From Tricharina praecox (taxonomy: Eukaryota): 64,000 nucleotides of DNA. This document shows, one piece after another, positions 22,601 to 35,398 of this stretch; positions within the stretch are counted from its first letter, which is position 1, and each line of letters starts with the position of its first letter. A program made the position numbers and the translations under genes. The DNA lies in assembly GCF_024521635.1 (NCBI RefSeq), contig NW_026250421.1, positions 682,001-746,000 on the forward strand, read 5' to 3'. Under the pieces are notes generated by a model. That model worked only from the letters and a program-made list of their open reading frames with translations. It was not told the origin of the DNA and did no database searches.

Positions 22601-24953
22601 AGGGCTGCTGTTGCTCCATGGGAGATGGCTCGTCGATGTCGATGGAGCTGGGCTTACCGTCTTTGGCGATAACTAACGCGGCGATTCGCTTGCCTTGCCT
22701 TGCCTCCGGACCCTACATACATCATGCGAGGTTGGCCACAATTCGGTTCGCCAACTACGTCAGATGGCCGACGATGATCGGAAGCTCTCTTCTCCTCTCC
22801 CTCCTTCTCCTCCTGCTCTCGGCCGCCTCCTCCTCGGCAGTCCTTATGTTTGGGTCTGTACGGTGGACGATGTTTGGATCTGTACGGTGGACGATGTACC
22901 TCCTCTCGGCAGTCCGTATGTTGGGGAATGTACATACGGCGGACGATGTATCCAACGCCTTATCGCCCGCTCGGACGTCTGTGAGCATCCCAGAGCAGAT
23001 ACCGGTACATACATAAATAAGTACCTAGACTCCTATGTATGTACATAGAGCAGAGATAGAGTATGTATCATCCCCACATCCCCACCGCATGCACTCGCTC
23101 AGTTCACGTAGACCCGCACCTCCTCCTGCTCCTGCTCCTGCTCCTGCTCCTCCTCCTGCTCCTCCTCCTCTCCCCGTCCTTTCCTCCTGCCTGCACCCGC
23201 CTAGACGTAGCTCTTCCAGCCACTCCTACTCGCCCTCCCCCCCGCCCCATCGTATTCACCATTTTTTTCTTTCTCTTTCGCCGGGACGCCGCCGCAAGCT
23301 TGTGACAGCTGCAGGATCCGCTGCAGGTCGACTGCAGCCCGTGGCGATAAGAATTGTCTGAGTGGCTTACATACTAGTACATCATAGAGTACTCACAAGA
23401 ATCGAGATATGCTACATAGAGTATTGATTACAACCCCTAACCCTTCGATAAGTGACCGCCCCGACCGACAGACCAGCCAGCCTGCCTGCTTGCCTCCGAC
23501 GCTGCTGCAGAAGTTAGAACGAATGCTCTTTTCGCCCCACGCCCTCTGTCGGTCGGTCACGACTCGCGAGCTTGTGGGAGCGGAGTGGAGTGGACGGACG
23601 GACAGGACAGGACGGGCAGATATCCTACATAAGTAGGAGGTAGGATGAGGTATGTATGCGATCGCTAGATACTCTACCTATTCGAGTCGAGTCGAGCGGG
23701 GAAGGGAATGGAAGGGAAGGGGCAATCACATCACATCGCAGCAGACAGACAGAGAGACAGCAATCGCATCGTCCGAGAGGGCGTGGGGATCGCGTAGGTG
23801 AGGCGAGACGAGGCCATCGTCCATTCCATTCGTTCACTGTGGGGCGAGCGAACGGGCGAGCGAACGGGCGGGCGCGGCGCGGCGGGCGATGTCGATCACG
23901 AGCGAGCCTGTTCCTTCCATCGCCGTTTTCATCAGGGATCCCGGTCCTCCGCCTGCTCATCCGCTGGCTCCCTCCCTCTCGCTCGTTCTGAAACCTGACA
24001 ACTCGATTTATGCAGGGAGAGAAAGAGAGTGCAATTGGCAGAACAGCACATCAGGGTGGATGGCCCATGGGGGCTTGAGTTTGTTTTTTGCTTTTGCTCT
24101 TTTTTGTTTTTGTTTTTGTTTTTGCTGGTCTACCGCCGATCGAGCGAGCCAGCCAGCATGGACATTGGACGGACGGGGTTGGGGCACCTGTGTAGATACA
24201 TCATACCTATCATACCTCATAGCTGTGTAGATAAGTAGAGCGCATAGTCGTCGAGCGTGGGAGCAAAGAGAAAAGAGCAAAAGAGACGGAGCGAGGGTTG
24301 CAGGAAATATGTATGCGGACAGGACAGTGTGATTCACGCAGCCGCCCCGCCCCTTCCAATCCCTTCCCCTCCCATCCCCGGCCATCTTTTCACGCGCCGG
24401 GGGGCAGAGCGAGCATCATGAATCGCAACCAGCAGCAACGAAAGAAAGAACCGAGAACCCCCCTCCCTCCCTCCCTCACACCGCAAATCCTCCTCCAACA
24501 ACTCTCGTCGCTGACGTGGTCGCGTCCAGGCCCCCCCCCTCCCTCCAATCCATCCCCCATCCGCGTGCGAACTGTGTGACTACAACTTTGCTACGTCCCT
24601 CTCCCTCTCCCTCTCCCTCTCCTTCTCCCTCTCTGAATAGGAATGTCCACACTGCCCATGCCAATTATTGCCCATGAGCCATTCGCGAACTCTCCCCACT
24701 CCTCCCATCCCTCCTGCTGCTGCACTCTAGCCCGCGACGGAAAAAGATACTCTGCACCCGTTGTTTTTTCTTCTTTATTTCTCTCTTCCCTGCAGCATAT
24801 CCAATTGCAGAGCTGCAACAACAGCTGCAACAGCAGCAGGAGCAACAAAACAGGCAGGCAGGCAGGCATGGAGCAGGTAGGCGGAACGAACAGAACGGAA
24901 CAAAACAGCCAACGAACGAGCGAACGGGGTGATGATATGTATGGTATGTCTGT

Positions 24954-25028
24954 ATGAGGTATGAGGTATGAGGTATGAGGTATGAGGTATGAGGTATGAG
25001 GTATGTTGGTATGAGGTATGTTGGTATG
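24954..25028. repeat. Microsatellite (ATGAGGT)7 plus degenerate units
   Basis: Read directly from the sequence. Confidence 0.9.
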
Positions 25029-26084
25029 TAGCGCGACGTGGATGCGAGCAGGTGCTCTACAGCGCACAGACAGGACTGGACAGGACTGGACTGCTGGACT
25101 GGACTGTAGAGTAATTGGAGAAGGACGAACAAATCACACAAATCACACTCTCCGGCCAACCACGTCGACTGGCAGACAGAAAGATAGACAGAACGACTGA
25201 GCGTATGTAGATCGCCCCCCAACACACCCCATTCCATCCTCCGTGTTTAAACGATGCTATGCCCGCGGCCCTATGTACTCTAGCTGGACTTGGACCATAG
25301 TCTGCGATCCACATTCTTCTCCATCCGCCTTTGATAGCCGCCTGTCCGTAAAGGGTTGGATAGACGGTGCGCGAGAGATAGAGGGAGAAAGAGAGAGAGA
25401 GAGAGAGCGCGCGAGGACCGGAGAAGAAAAGACTCTTGAAGGGACCGTGTCGATCAGTCGGACGGACAGTCGGGCGGTGGGTCGGTCAGTGGTCGGTCTC
25501 AGCCAACGGTCGAGATCAAACGGAGACAGACACGGAGAGTGCGGGTCGTGGCTGTTGTTCTTATTCACGTCGGGCGGAAAAACGAAATCTGTGGAACTTC
25601 CTTTTGTTTTTGCCGTCTTATTTTTATTTTTTATTTCGTTCTATATCGACGGAGCCGGTAGGACGTGGCCTGGCCTTCCTGTTCGAATAATTACTCCGTT
25701 TTATTTCATTCTGCTATCACCACCATCATCACCGTCTCCGCCTCCGCCTCAGTCCGCCTCCACCTCCAGACTGAGCCCGGTATCTTTTCCTGTGCCTTGC
25801 GACTACCTACCTCATACACTAAGTCCATGCTGTGCTGCGAGCTGCGAGCTGCGTTGTTAGTTCTGGTAGCGTAGCTGCAGTGTGCGACGCCTCCCCCCCC
25901 CCCCCCCCCCCCCCCAAATCGAACAGAATCCTAGGAGTCCCACCCCGGCCGGAAGAGCTGTATGCCCGTTTTATACTGCTTGACTCCCCTCCCGACGCTC
26001 GTCCTCCATACCTACGACCGTTCCCTCATCACCGATAGCGTGCGAAACAACCTTCCTCCAAACACCAACACCACACACACGACG

Positions 26085-29000
26085 ATGCTGGACGCCTTCT
26101 TCGCGGGCCGCCGAAGGCCTGCCTGCGCACCGCCGCCCCCCGTCACCTCCGCCCCCACTATGTCCCCCTACACGTCCGAAGAGCTGATCGGCATGTACAC
26201 CTCGCGCTCCTCGCCCGTCGCCCCGCCCCCCGACGGCGTCTACGTCCCCAGCAATCGCTCGTCGTACTCGCCCGGCGAGGCCAGAAAGAGTCTACTGGCA
26301 TACATGGACTCGGATAATTACTCGTACCACGAGCCGCCGGCGGCGGCAGCGGCAGTGACTGGTGGTGCCGACAGCAGGAGCAGGCCGGTGTCGGTCGTGG
26401 TGGCACGGGGTGGTGGAGCTGGGGCTGTGCTGGGGGCGGGCGCCGACGTGTTGTCGTCGGGGACCAACAATGCTACTGCCGGGACCAACGGACAGGACCA
26501 TCTGGATGCGAGGACTCCAAGGTCGGCGGCCACGCAGCAGCAGCAGAACGCGGGCTTTCTGGCCTCGGTCTGGGCGTTAGGTAGATATTTATCCGTGGCC
26601 ACCGCGTCGTCCACTCGGGAGGTTGTTAACGATGTCGTCACTATGGCCGCAGGATTCAAAAGGGAAAAACGGAGTTATGCAGCGTCCGTCGGGTCATCCG
26701 CCAACATGGATGATTTCGTCGGGAGCGAAGAGGGGGAATCGGTCACGGAGGAGGAGGAGGATTACGAAGAGGAGGAGGAGGATGAGGATTTGCCATACCG
26801 CCCCGATACCGTTGACAAGGGAAAGAGTAGGGAATACCACGCTGGATACCAGGCTGGCGGCCCGTCCAACCCCCCATTGGCGTCGCACGATCCGATCCCG
26901 TCCCCTCCTTCCACCGCAACCGAGACCGTCGTCGCCGAGCACAGAGGGGAGTCCGAGACCGAAACCGAGACCGTGGTATCCGCCGTGGTGTCGGATGTCG
27001 AGGCCATGCCAAGCTCCGACCAGCGTCCTCTCCTAGAGCGCCACCAGTCCAAGTCTCAATCCGAGCTTCGGCCCAACTCTGAGGTAGTGACCAACGCTCC
27101 AAGGAGATCCCCCAGTTTGATGGACCTAAAGGAAGCTGAGAAGGATGCCCGACAGGATGACATTAGGAACATGCTTCGCGAATCCGTGACCGCTGCCGAA
27201 GCCGTGGCCGCGGCCCCAGGACCCGTGATGGTGGCGGACCTGCCCGCCAAGGAGCTGGTCGAGGCCAAGGATTCAACCCCCGAGCCCACCCCCACCGCTA
27301 CCAAGGCCGATAGCCCGCCGCTCGGCGTCGCCGTCGAAATCCCCACGAAAGAGGAGGATGCCACCCCGGAGACTCCGCCCAAGTCGCCTCTCCGAAACCG
27401 CAACAGCGTCTCGGGATCGCCGAGCAGCTCGCACCACGAGTTTGCGGCGCCCGAGGTCGCCAAGGCGGAGAGCGTGGAGGAGGTGAAGTCGTTCAAAGAG
27501 GAGGAAGGTAAGACTGAGGTGGCGGATAAGAACGAGGTGCCCCCGGTTGTTCCCGAGGCCTCCGGAGAGGAGACCAAGGAGAAGGCTATGCCAGACCTGA
27601 AGGGCTATTCCGAGGCACTGTCGAGCATGTTACTTAATCCCACAGCTCGCAGTACCGTCGTCGAGGACCCCGAGACCGCCACCGCCGAGATCGCCAAATC
27701 AACTCCCGAGATCCTCCCTACCGAGGTGCTAGCTAAGGCCGCCGAGGCTGCCACCCCCGAGATCACCAAGCCATCTCCCGAGATCCCTGCTTCGGTACCA
27801 GTCGAGGCCCCCGAAGCTGTCACCGCCGAGATCACCAAGCAATCTCCCAAGATCCCAGCTGAGGTGCCAGTCGAGGCCCTCGCCACTACTCTCATCGAGA
27901 TCCCCGAGACTGCTGCTTCCGAAGGCCGTGAGTTCTCCGTCGCCGAATTCTCCGACACTATCGCCTCCACTCCTCTCGCCTCGATCGCCGAGGCAAAGGA
28001 GGAGAAGCGCGAGCCAGTCAAGGTTCAGGAATCGCTTCGGAAAATCTCCGTCGACAGCAAGGTTTCCGCCTTTACGGAGGCCGATGCCGCCGTCACTCCA
28101 ACTCCGGAGACGAAGGCAGAGGAGAAGCCCGCTGAGAAGGCCGAGAAGGCCCCTTCGATCACCAGCCCCCCAGGCCTCGAACGTCGCAAGTCGAACGCGT
28201 TCCGACGGGACACCATACAGCGCTCCCTGAGCATGTTCCGAAAGAAGGACAAGAACAAGTCCAAAGATTCGAACGAGCTCCCAGCTGCGACCACAACCTC
28301 GGCCGTGGAACTGACTCCCCCCCCCACACCCCCGCACACCGACGATCAAACCGAGAAGGGGGAGACACCGGCACCGGCAGAACGGCCGAAACCCGCGTCG
28401 AGGATGTCCATGTTCGCGCTCACCAAGACGCTCAAAGAAAAAGCCGCCAAGGAAGCGGCTGCAGCTTCTGCAGCCACAGCCACAGCCGGCGACGGCGATT
28501 CCGCTATCGCCGCGCTCTCCAGCACCCTTGCAAGCGAAGCAGGCAAGTCCAAAAGTGCGGAAAGTCCAGCCGCCGCCTCGGAAAAGCCGGAACTCAAGAA
28601 GAGGGCGTCCTTCATCAGCATCGCCGAGTCCTTCCGCTCGCAACGCCCTGCTACTTCGGCCGGTATGCTCACGACTACGAAGGAGGGAGATGATGAGCCC
28701 AAGACTCCCCAGCGCCGCCCCACATTCCGTCCCTTCACCTCGTCGGGCGACAAGTCGAAATCGCGGACTAAGAGCTGGTTCGGCGGTGACAAGAAGCCAA
28801 AGGTCAACGACAAGGGCGAGCTCGTGGATCCCCGACCGAGCAAGGACGACGATGCGCCCATCACCCCGGACAATACCTCGTCGATCGCACCCTCGATCGC
28901 GCCGTCGACCAAGGAGCTGGCCAAAGAGCCGACCAAGGAGCCGGCCTCTCCCGTCCCCGAAACCCCAGCCAAGGAGGCCAAGCCCAAGTTCTTTAGGAGC

Positions 29001-29249
29001 CCGAGCATCAAGAGAGCGCCCACCTTTGGCCTCGCGAACCGCAGCCTGAGTTCCAGCGCCGTGTCGATGGGCACCACCGCCACCACTGGCACCACCGCCA
29101 CGGACGCGACGGCAGCCACAGGCACGGATTCCCCCACCACCAAGAGCAAGGGTGCCGCGAGGATGAAGGGGCTGGTGAGAGCTAGCACGTTCATGGGCAT
29201 GAGCAAGAGAAAGGACAAGGGCAAAGGCAAGGAAGTTGCGGCGGAGTAA
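26085..29249 (+). CDS. Hypothetical low-complexity, probably disordered protein (1054 aa; rich in Ala, Glu, Pro, Ser, Thr, Lys)
   Basis: 3.1-kb uninterrupted ORF with strong GC3 bias. ATG at 26085 follows a CA-rich leader and a T-rich 3' UTR follows the stop. Internal 23-aa repeats. Confidence 0.85.
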   Translation: MLDAFFAGRRRPACAPPPPVTSAPTMSPYTSEELIGMYTSRSSPVAPPPDGVYVPSNRSSYSPGEARKSLLAYMDSDNYSYHEPPAAAAAVTGGADSRSRPVSVVVARGGGAGAVLGAGADVLSSGTNNATAGTNGQDHLDARTPRSAATQQQQNAGFLASVWALGRYLSVATASSTREVVNDVVTMAAGFKREKRSYAASVGSSANMDDFVGSEEGESVTEEEEDYEEEEEDEDLPYRPDTVDKGKSREYHAGYQAGGPSNPPLASHDPIPSPPSTATETVVAEHRGESETETETVVSAVVSDVEAMPSSDQRPLLERHQSKSQSELRPNSEVVTNAPRRSPSLMDLKEAEKDARQDDIRNMLRESVTAAEAVAAAPGPVMVADLPAKELVEAKDSTPEPTPTATKADSPPLGVAVEIPTKEEDATPETPPKSPLRNRNSVSGSPSSSHHEFAAPEVAKAESVEEVKSFKEEEGKTEVADKNEVPPVVPEASGEETKEKAMPDLKGYSEALSSMLLNPTARSTVVEDPETATAEIAKSTPEILPTEVLAKAAEAATPEITKPSPEIPASVPVEAPEAVTAEITKQSPKIPAEVPVEALATTLIEIPETAASEGREFSVAEFSDTIASTPLASIAEAKEEKREPVKVQESLRKISVDSKVSAFTEADAAVTPTPETKAEEKPAEKAEKAPSITSPPGLERRKSNAFRRDTIQRSLSMFRKKDKNKSKDSNELPAATTTSAVELTPPPTPPHTDDQTEKGETPAPAERPKPASRMSMFALTKTLKEKAAKEAAAASAATATAGDGDSAIAALSSTLASEAGKSKSAESPAAASEKPELKKRASFISIAESFRSQRPATSAGMLTTTKEGDDEPKTPQRRPTFRPFTSSGDKSKSRTKSWFGGDKKPKVNDKGELVDPRPSKDDDAPITPDNTSSIAPSIAPSTKELAKEPTKEPASPVPETPAKEAKPKFFRSPSIKRAPTFGLANRSLSSSAVSMGTTATTGTTATDATAATGTDSPTTKSKGAARMKGLVRASTFMGMSKRKDKGKGKEVAAE

Positions 29250-30893
29250 TCCGTCGCCGCCCAGCCGGCCGCCCAGCCAAGCCGCCAGCCCGCCAGCCCC
29301 CGTGCGCCACAGTTGAAGAGTTTAACGAGTCCCACGAATTTCTTTCTGTAACACTATTTTTTTTTGGGTGGCGGGGGAGGGACTAGGGGGCAGTCATCAT
29401 CTGTTGAGGTGTTTTTCTTGACGTCTTTTTTTTATACTTTTTTCCACATTCGCGCTTTCCTTTACCAGATTGGATTACCATTTTTCGTCTTTTAGGATTT
29501 GCGGGAGTTTATTCCTTTTTTTCATCTATTTCTGTTTTCACAGCCTTCGATTTTTTGTGTGCATCCTGAGCGTCTGCGTTGTTTTTGGTGGGGGGTTTCG
29601 TTTTGCGTGTTTGCGTGCGTGCGTGTGTGTTGACTTGGGCATTCTTTTAGAGCGGAGGACTTGTGAATCTGACGGTTTCTTGCAATCGGGAAGGGGAGGG
29701 GAGGGGAGGGGATGATTGGTTGGTTGGTTGGATGGTTGGATGTATTGTCACGACGACATGGCTTGCACGTGCTGCATATCTACACGGGATGTTTTGAGTT
29801 TTGGATATTCTATTCTATGATACGAGGGAACGAGGGAACGATGAGGATGAATGAAATGGGTACATACAATACATACGAGAGACGAGATGAGAGACGGTCC
29901 TTGTTCGGGATGCTTTCCCAGCTTTTGGCTTGTTGCTTTTGACTTGTTGCTTGAAATAATCGGTACGGGTACTCTACCTAGACAGCTGTACATAAGTGGA
30001 GTGCAGTGGAGTGTAGTGAGTCACTGGAGTGGAATGGAATGGGACGAAAGCCGTTAATGATGATTATTGATCAGCACTGCAGCGCAGCACTGCTGGATTA
30101 AGTGAGATCTTCATGCACTTGGCATTTGACATATGACAGAGTGAGTGAAGAATCGCGATTTGCCAGCTGGTGCGTTGTCCCGTCCAGTGGCCAGTCCTGC
30201 ATCTACCTTACGCGTCCGCCTCATTTGGGAATCTACCGTAGACATGTGAGCGTCGCCGGGCAGATAGACGGTTTCGCCACCATCTACAGAATTAAAAATC
30301 TCTTCGGTTACACACGGGGGCGCCACAGTCACAGTCACACCGTGCCTGGGTACTCTATGCAGATCGGAACCCATCACCCTCTTGAGCTCTCTCGCCTGCG
30401 CCTGCTTCCTCGGCCCCGGTACCGCAAGCTCGACTCGACTCGACTCGGGCGCGGATACGATGTACTTGGATCTTCCCTTCTCTGCCCGTGTCGCATGTAG
30501 AGTAGGTATGTAGGGAGATATACCCGCCAACCGGGCGTTCGGTGCTGGGTGCGAGGTATGATCCTGGTGGATTCTCCGCGAATGAAACGAACCCCAGGCG
30601 GTTGCAGTCTCATGCTCGTGCTCGTTTGCGCGTGAGCGAGCAGTACCGACGACGCCTCAGCCGTGGTGTTAGCGACCCGCCGCCGCCGCCGCGTAACACC
30701 CGCCGCCGCCGCCGCGCAACTCCGCCCGACGAAGCGCGGGTGTACTATACACCACTGGATATGAACCCATGGGGTAGTACTACTGGCGACCTTCGGCCCC
30801 AATCGCACATCACGTTTTACTACTGCACCCAACGTCGCCGACCGACGGACACGGTGGACGTTGGGGCGATACTTTGTGTTGTGGACACCCACG

Positions 30894-32581
30894 CGTAAGG
30901 CGGATCACGTGATGACTAGTACCGAGTGATATCTCATACTCCACCCTCTCGCCAAAAACAAACACAAAAACAAAAACCATCGCCACCCCCGGTGGGTGGC
31001 TTGGAAACCCCAAGAGCTGAATCTTCCACCCGGGTTTGGACTGAGTGCCTTTACCTCAACTCCCCTTGCCGATTGCGTGGCCTGGCTAGACTACTAGATC
31101 ACGAGGGGGTTTTTTCCGTGCTGGAAATGTGAATTCGATGTTTTTTAAGTGGTGGGTGCCACCCCCGTGACGGACAAGCTTAGCCATGACGCTGTCTGCG
31201 TTAGACGAGTGAACAACATGTCGTGTGCTCGCTGTCATTCGCCGTCCGTCGATTTCTGATAGCTCCTGTCATATGTAACTACTCTACCCTACTCTACTCT
31301 TCTAAGTTCCTGATAAGATTGTAGATCGGGAATATAGTATCGCGTAAAGGCGTCTATCGCCAGCGGGGTTATCTAGCCCGGATCATGGAAAGCACTCGGA
31401 CACGATCGAACTGAGTACCGGTATCGCAATAGTTCGTTTCCACTCCAACCGGTCTCCGCAGTGGGACCATTATTTCAAGAGAGGTATTTGATGGAACATG
31501 GAGTATTTAGGGACCACGATACTTCATAGCCGCCGCCGTGGCTGACGACTATGAACCATGGAGATGGGGAGCAGCCGTGGATCGAGAGTGCAGACTGACT
31601 GTAGTCGACTAAGAAGCCGATGTCATCCTCTCGCACAGCGGCCAGACCAACAACATTTGACCAATGGCGCATGCATCTCACTCATGCATGGCCGGAGGAA
31701 AGACCTTTGCTCTGAAAGGAAGAAGACCTCCACGCATAACGTGGGGGGGGGGGGGGGGGTAAATAAACCACGTTATACGCGTATAACTTGGGGCAGTAGT
31801 AGACCAAGTTATACCTTCTTTAGTTTTTTTGTTTGCTCATCCGAAACCGTCTGTAGCCCGGTTTCAGAGAGGCCATCCCCCGGGAGCAAGTCGGCTCTCA
31901 CCTAACTTGGACTCCCGGAGGAAGGGGGAATGAACTTTGCCGGTAGCAGAAGAGAAAACCCCGATCTTTTCAGCTTAGCCTCGAGGGTTGGATCCGTCTA
32001 TTGTTGCGGCAACCGTCTGCTTTGTAGACCGGTTGCACGGATCCCTCAGTTCCTCGCTGCTGCGGCTGAGCTGGATAGCTTTGTAAGGTTATCCTGGAAG
32101 TGAAAAGTGGGGGAGAGGGAATGACGTACCTTGAGGTTGATCTCGAGATCAGGTCGAAGGAAGAAAGGGGGGGAGGAAGGGATGAAGGAATCAAGGCGAA
32201 TGGTTGACGAAGAAAGGAAGGAAGGCGAATGAAGGAAGGAAGGCGAATGGTCGACGAAGAATGGAAGCTGTGATGGTTGTAAAGAGAAGGAGAGAAGGAG
32301 GAGCAGAAATGGAGGGTTTTATAGGTGATTTAGGAGCTGCCAGGTTCGAAGCTAGTTTTCGCCGCCGCCAGACAGCTAGTCCCCACCAAAATTTGCTCAT
32401 TCGGTGAAGCGAGCGAGAAAATGTGTCGCCAATCGTCGGAGACGGGGTCGAAGTCCCGCTAGACTGTTAAACCCCACTGAAACTTGCGCATCCGATGTAA
32501 CGAACGAGAAAAAGTGAGGAGCCACTCGTTGGAGACGGGATCGAAGCCACCTCGCACGCCGAACTAGTAGTCACTGTCACA
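30894..32581 (-). mobile_element. ~1.69-kb non-coding dispersed repeat, copy B (inverted relative to copy A)
   Basis: Reverse complement aligns with 17981-19650. Termini TGTGACAG...CCTTACG. TATAAAA at 32317-32323 (minus strand). No target-site duplication visible. Confidence 0.75.
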
Positions 32582-33102
32582 GACTGGTGTCCAACCGCCG
32601 ATCCGGCGCGATCAGCATGGGTCTAGGACGCTGCATTTCCGTGCGCGGAGGAGATAGTAGTTACCGCAGAGGATCAAAGACTGTGAGGATCAGCTGGTGG
32701 GATGCACAGCTATGCGGGACATCCACGCCGGTACCGCTGGTCATGAAGGGCGAGTGATCGGGTGCGTAACTACCGCCTACAGGGCCATCGGTGTTGTGTG
32801 CTACCTACTGAGATTTATCCGTGTAACCACGGCGGCGGGTTTGCGGGAACACCAGATCATGGATACAGGGGAGGAAGACGGGGTTTAAGGACTTTCGTAA
32901 ACGGGGTTGTTCTTCAGCCCTGCTGTGATGAACCACCCATCAGTATTGGCTACTATGTAGATACATATAGTATGTCGTGCGACCACATCCTCCCACTGCC
33001 GAAAAAAATCCCAGGACCAAGATGATCATGCGGGGCACCACGTCGATTACATGGAGTAAGGAAACCGAAACCCGCCAGCCACCACATTCCCGTCCCGCCC
33101 CA

Positions 33103-34300
33103 TCACCTCTGCTCAAACCCCCAAACCGTCGCATCCTCATCCGCACGATCAACGAGCACCTCGCGCTCATTCCCATCCTTAATGAACCTGACCAACATGA
33201 CCTGGCTGCCCGCGCGGCGTCTGGTCCCCCCACCGCCGCACAACACAACCCGCCGCAGCGCGGGAAGTACAAACGCCACCTCTGCCGCCGCGATCTCGAG
33301 CAGTGTCAACACTGCCATCCAGTACACCTTGGTCGAGTCTAGCCGGCCGGAACCGTACGTCCCGCGCTCCTCGAGCACGGTGAAGCGCACCACTGCTGAG
33401 GTCACCGAGAGAAGCGCGATCAGAAAGATGAATGCTACGGCTCGCTTCTCGGGTGAGGTGAGGCGGAGGGAGTGCAGGATGTGCAGTGGGAGGGCGATTA
33501 CTGGGGCTGTTAACTACGGTAGTGGGGAATGGTGATAGGGAAAGGGAAAGAGGTAGGCGACTTACACAAGAGGTCGGTCGTGAGGGTGAGCACCAGGATT
33601 ATACTCTGTGTGCGCAGCGAGATCATGGGGGAACATATCTTCATTGTGCGGAGAAGGTTCGGAATGTCCCTTTCGCATCGTATCCGTCAGTTAGGACCTA
33701 TATGCCTCCAGTGCGGACAATGGTATCATACCAAGTCGTTGACAACGGCCGACACTCCAACGACGCCGCCAGTATCACCGCCACAAAGCTCAGCGGTACG
33801 AACACGGCCGCAACGTACAGCCCGTGCTTCCGGATGTTGACCGTGCGCGCGTATAGATCCGCGTACATGAACGTGAAGGCGAGCTTGAACACCCACAGAG
33901 AGATAAGGGTGACGAACATGTACACCAGGTAGATCTTTGCCATGCCACGGTGCGTTAGTAGTTAATTAGCTCTCAACCCCCCACCGCCCCTTCGTCACCA
34001 TAGGATAGTCGAGAGCACCTTAAGACCAAACCTCTTGATGGACTCAAAGATCAACTGGGGCTCCGTGTCTAGATCCTTTCTGAGCGCAAGTAGAACTCTC
34101 GCACCGTGAAACCAGTACCACCCCATCGCCGTTGCCGTCGCCCAGCCGACGCCGAAGCATGCTTCGCTGCAGAGAGCCAAGAAGCTGCGTTTCTGCGCGC
34201 GGAGGAGATAGAGTCGTAGAGGCCCGAACGTGGTGACGATGAGCTGGATACCCAGCAATGTGTAGAGGTAGACAGTGGCAGCATGGACGCCGACGGGCAT
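33103..34300 (-). CDS. PTH11-like / fungal rhodopsin-domain integral membrane protein without CFEM, 328 aa, 4 exons
   Basis: Introns 33935-34018, 33670-33731 and 33501-33565 give a continuous frame. Multiple hydrophobic helices and family motifs LW.FKLAF, ECRPLS..W, TDLL.IALP..IL..L and LEIAAA.VAF.LPALR. Confidence 0.85.
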
Positions 34301-35398
34301 AGTCGAGTGATCAAGTGTGTTTGTTTATCTGAGGGCAATCTGTTTACCGAGATTTGCGTATGCATTCGCAGCGGGGGTTTTAAGTGCAGCTACGAATCTG
34401 AGGGCTCGCTGGAGAAGCTTTCCACAGCCCTGCGGTGATGATGCGCCCTTCACGATAAGTCTGCAGTAGGACCCGAGAGTCGGAGACATGTTGTGCAACC
34501 ACCGAACCCACCACCCACAGCTGCCTCCGTAACTAAGTGGTTACGAGAGGATTTCTGCCCGAGGCGACCAACTACCCATTCGCAGCGGCGAGTATCTGTT
34601 TCCGACCAGTGATCATCTATTCGCGAGTTGCACGACGCACGCACCAACCACATGCATCGTCGTCGTCGACTGTGCGTGCACCTGGGGGCACCGGGTTGCG
34701 TTGCGTCTTGCTGAAACGCTGCTCGGATGCGAGAACTGCGGCTGAAGAGCGGTGAAGGCTTTCAGGTTCCAACGGCCACGTCCCGAACAACCATCACAAC
34801 TGCTGCACTACTAGTTACCGCGTAGTTATGGCCAGAATATCGGTCCCGTGCATGTGTGTGTGTGAGTTTATCACCTGCGATCCTCCGTCCCAACGTAGTG
34901 GGTGGGCGAAGGTCTGCGTGCCAATGAATGCATATTCTTCTGTCTCCAGCATATCTCGGTACTACCTACAGCTGCACAGCCTCGAACGAGTTTTTTGTTT
35001 CATCATTCTATATTCAACTATGTTCCACCATGAAAGTTTCAAGTGTGGCATGCTCCGTTTGCTAGCCCTGCATATCGGACATCGGAATGCCCTACCACCG
35101 GTAGGCGACTCTCAGTCCTTCCGGCATCCGTACTTCTTAGGAGATCCAAAGCCGACGCCACCCCGAGCTGTCTGCTATTTGTGTTTAAAAGTATGCCAGA
35201 ATCTATGCATAGAATCTTTGAGCTTGGGCCGCTAGCCGGCGTCTTCGGCTGACCGTGCTGCCTCCTCCGGTCATGCGGATGATGGAGCTTCCTCGGAGTT
35301 GACACGGAGCTAAATGGGAGCTCGGGGTGTGCGGCTGGGTCTATATATTCACGAATGCATTGCGGATGTGTGGCACCAAGGAAAAAAGAGCAGATACT

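Noticed and set aside
23296..23337. Polylinker-like cluster (AAGCTT, CTGCAG, GGATCC, GTCGAC)
   Set aside because: Only ~13 bp match the pUC order, and similar palindromes are common in this intergenic DNA. Not vector contamination.
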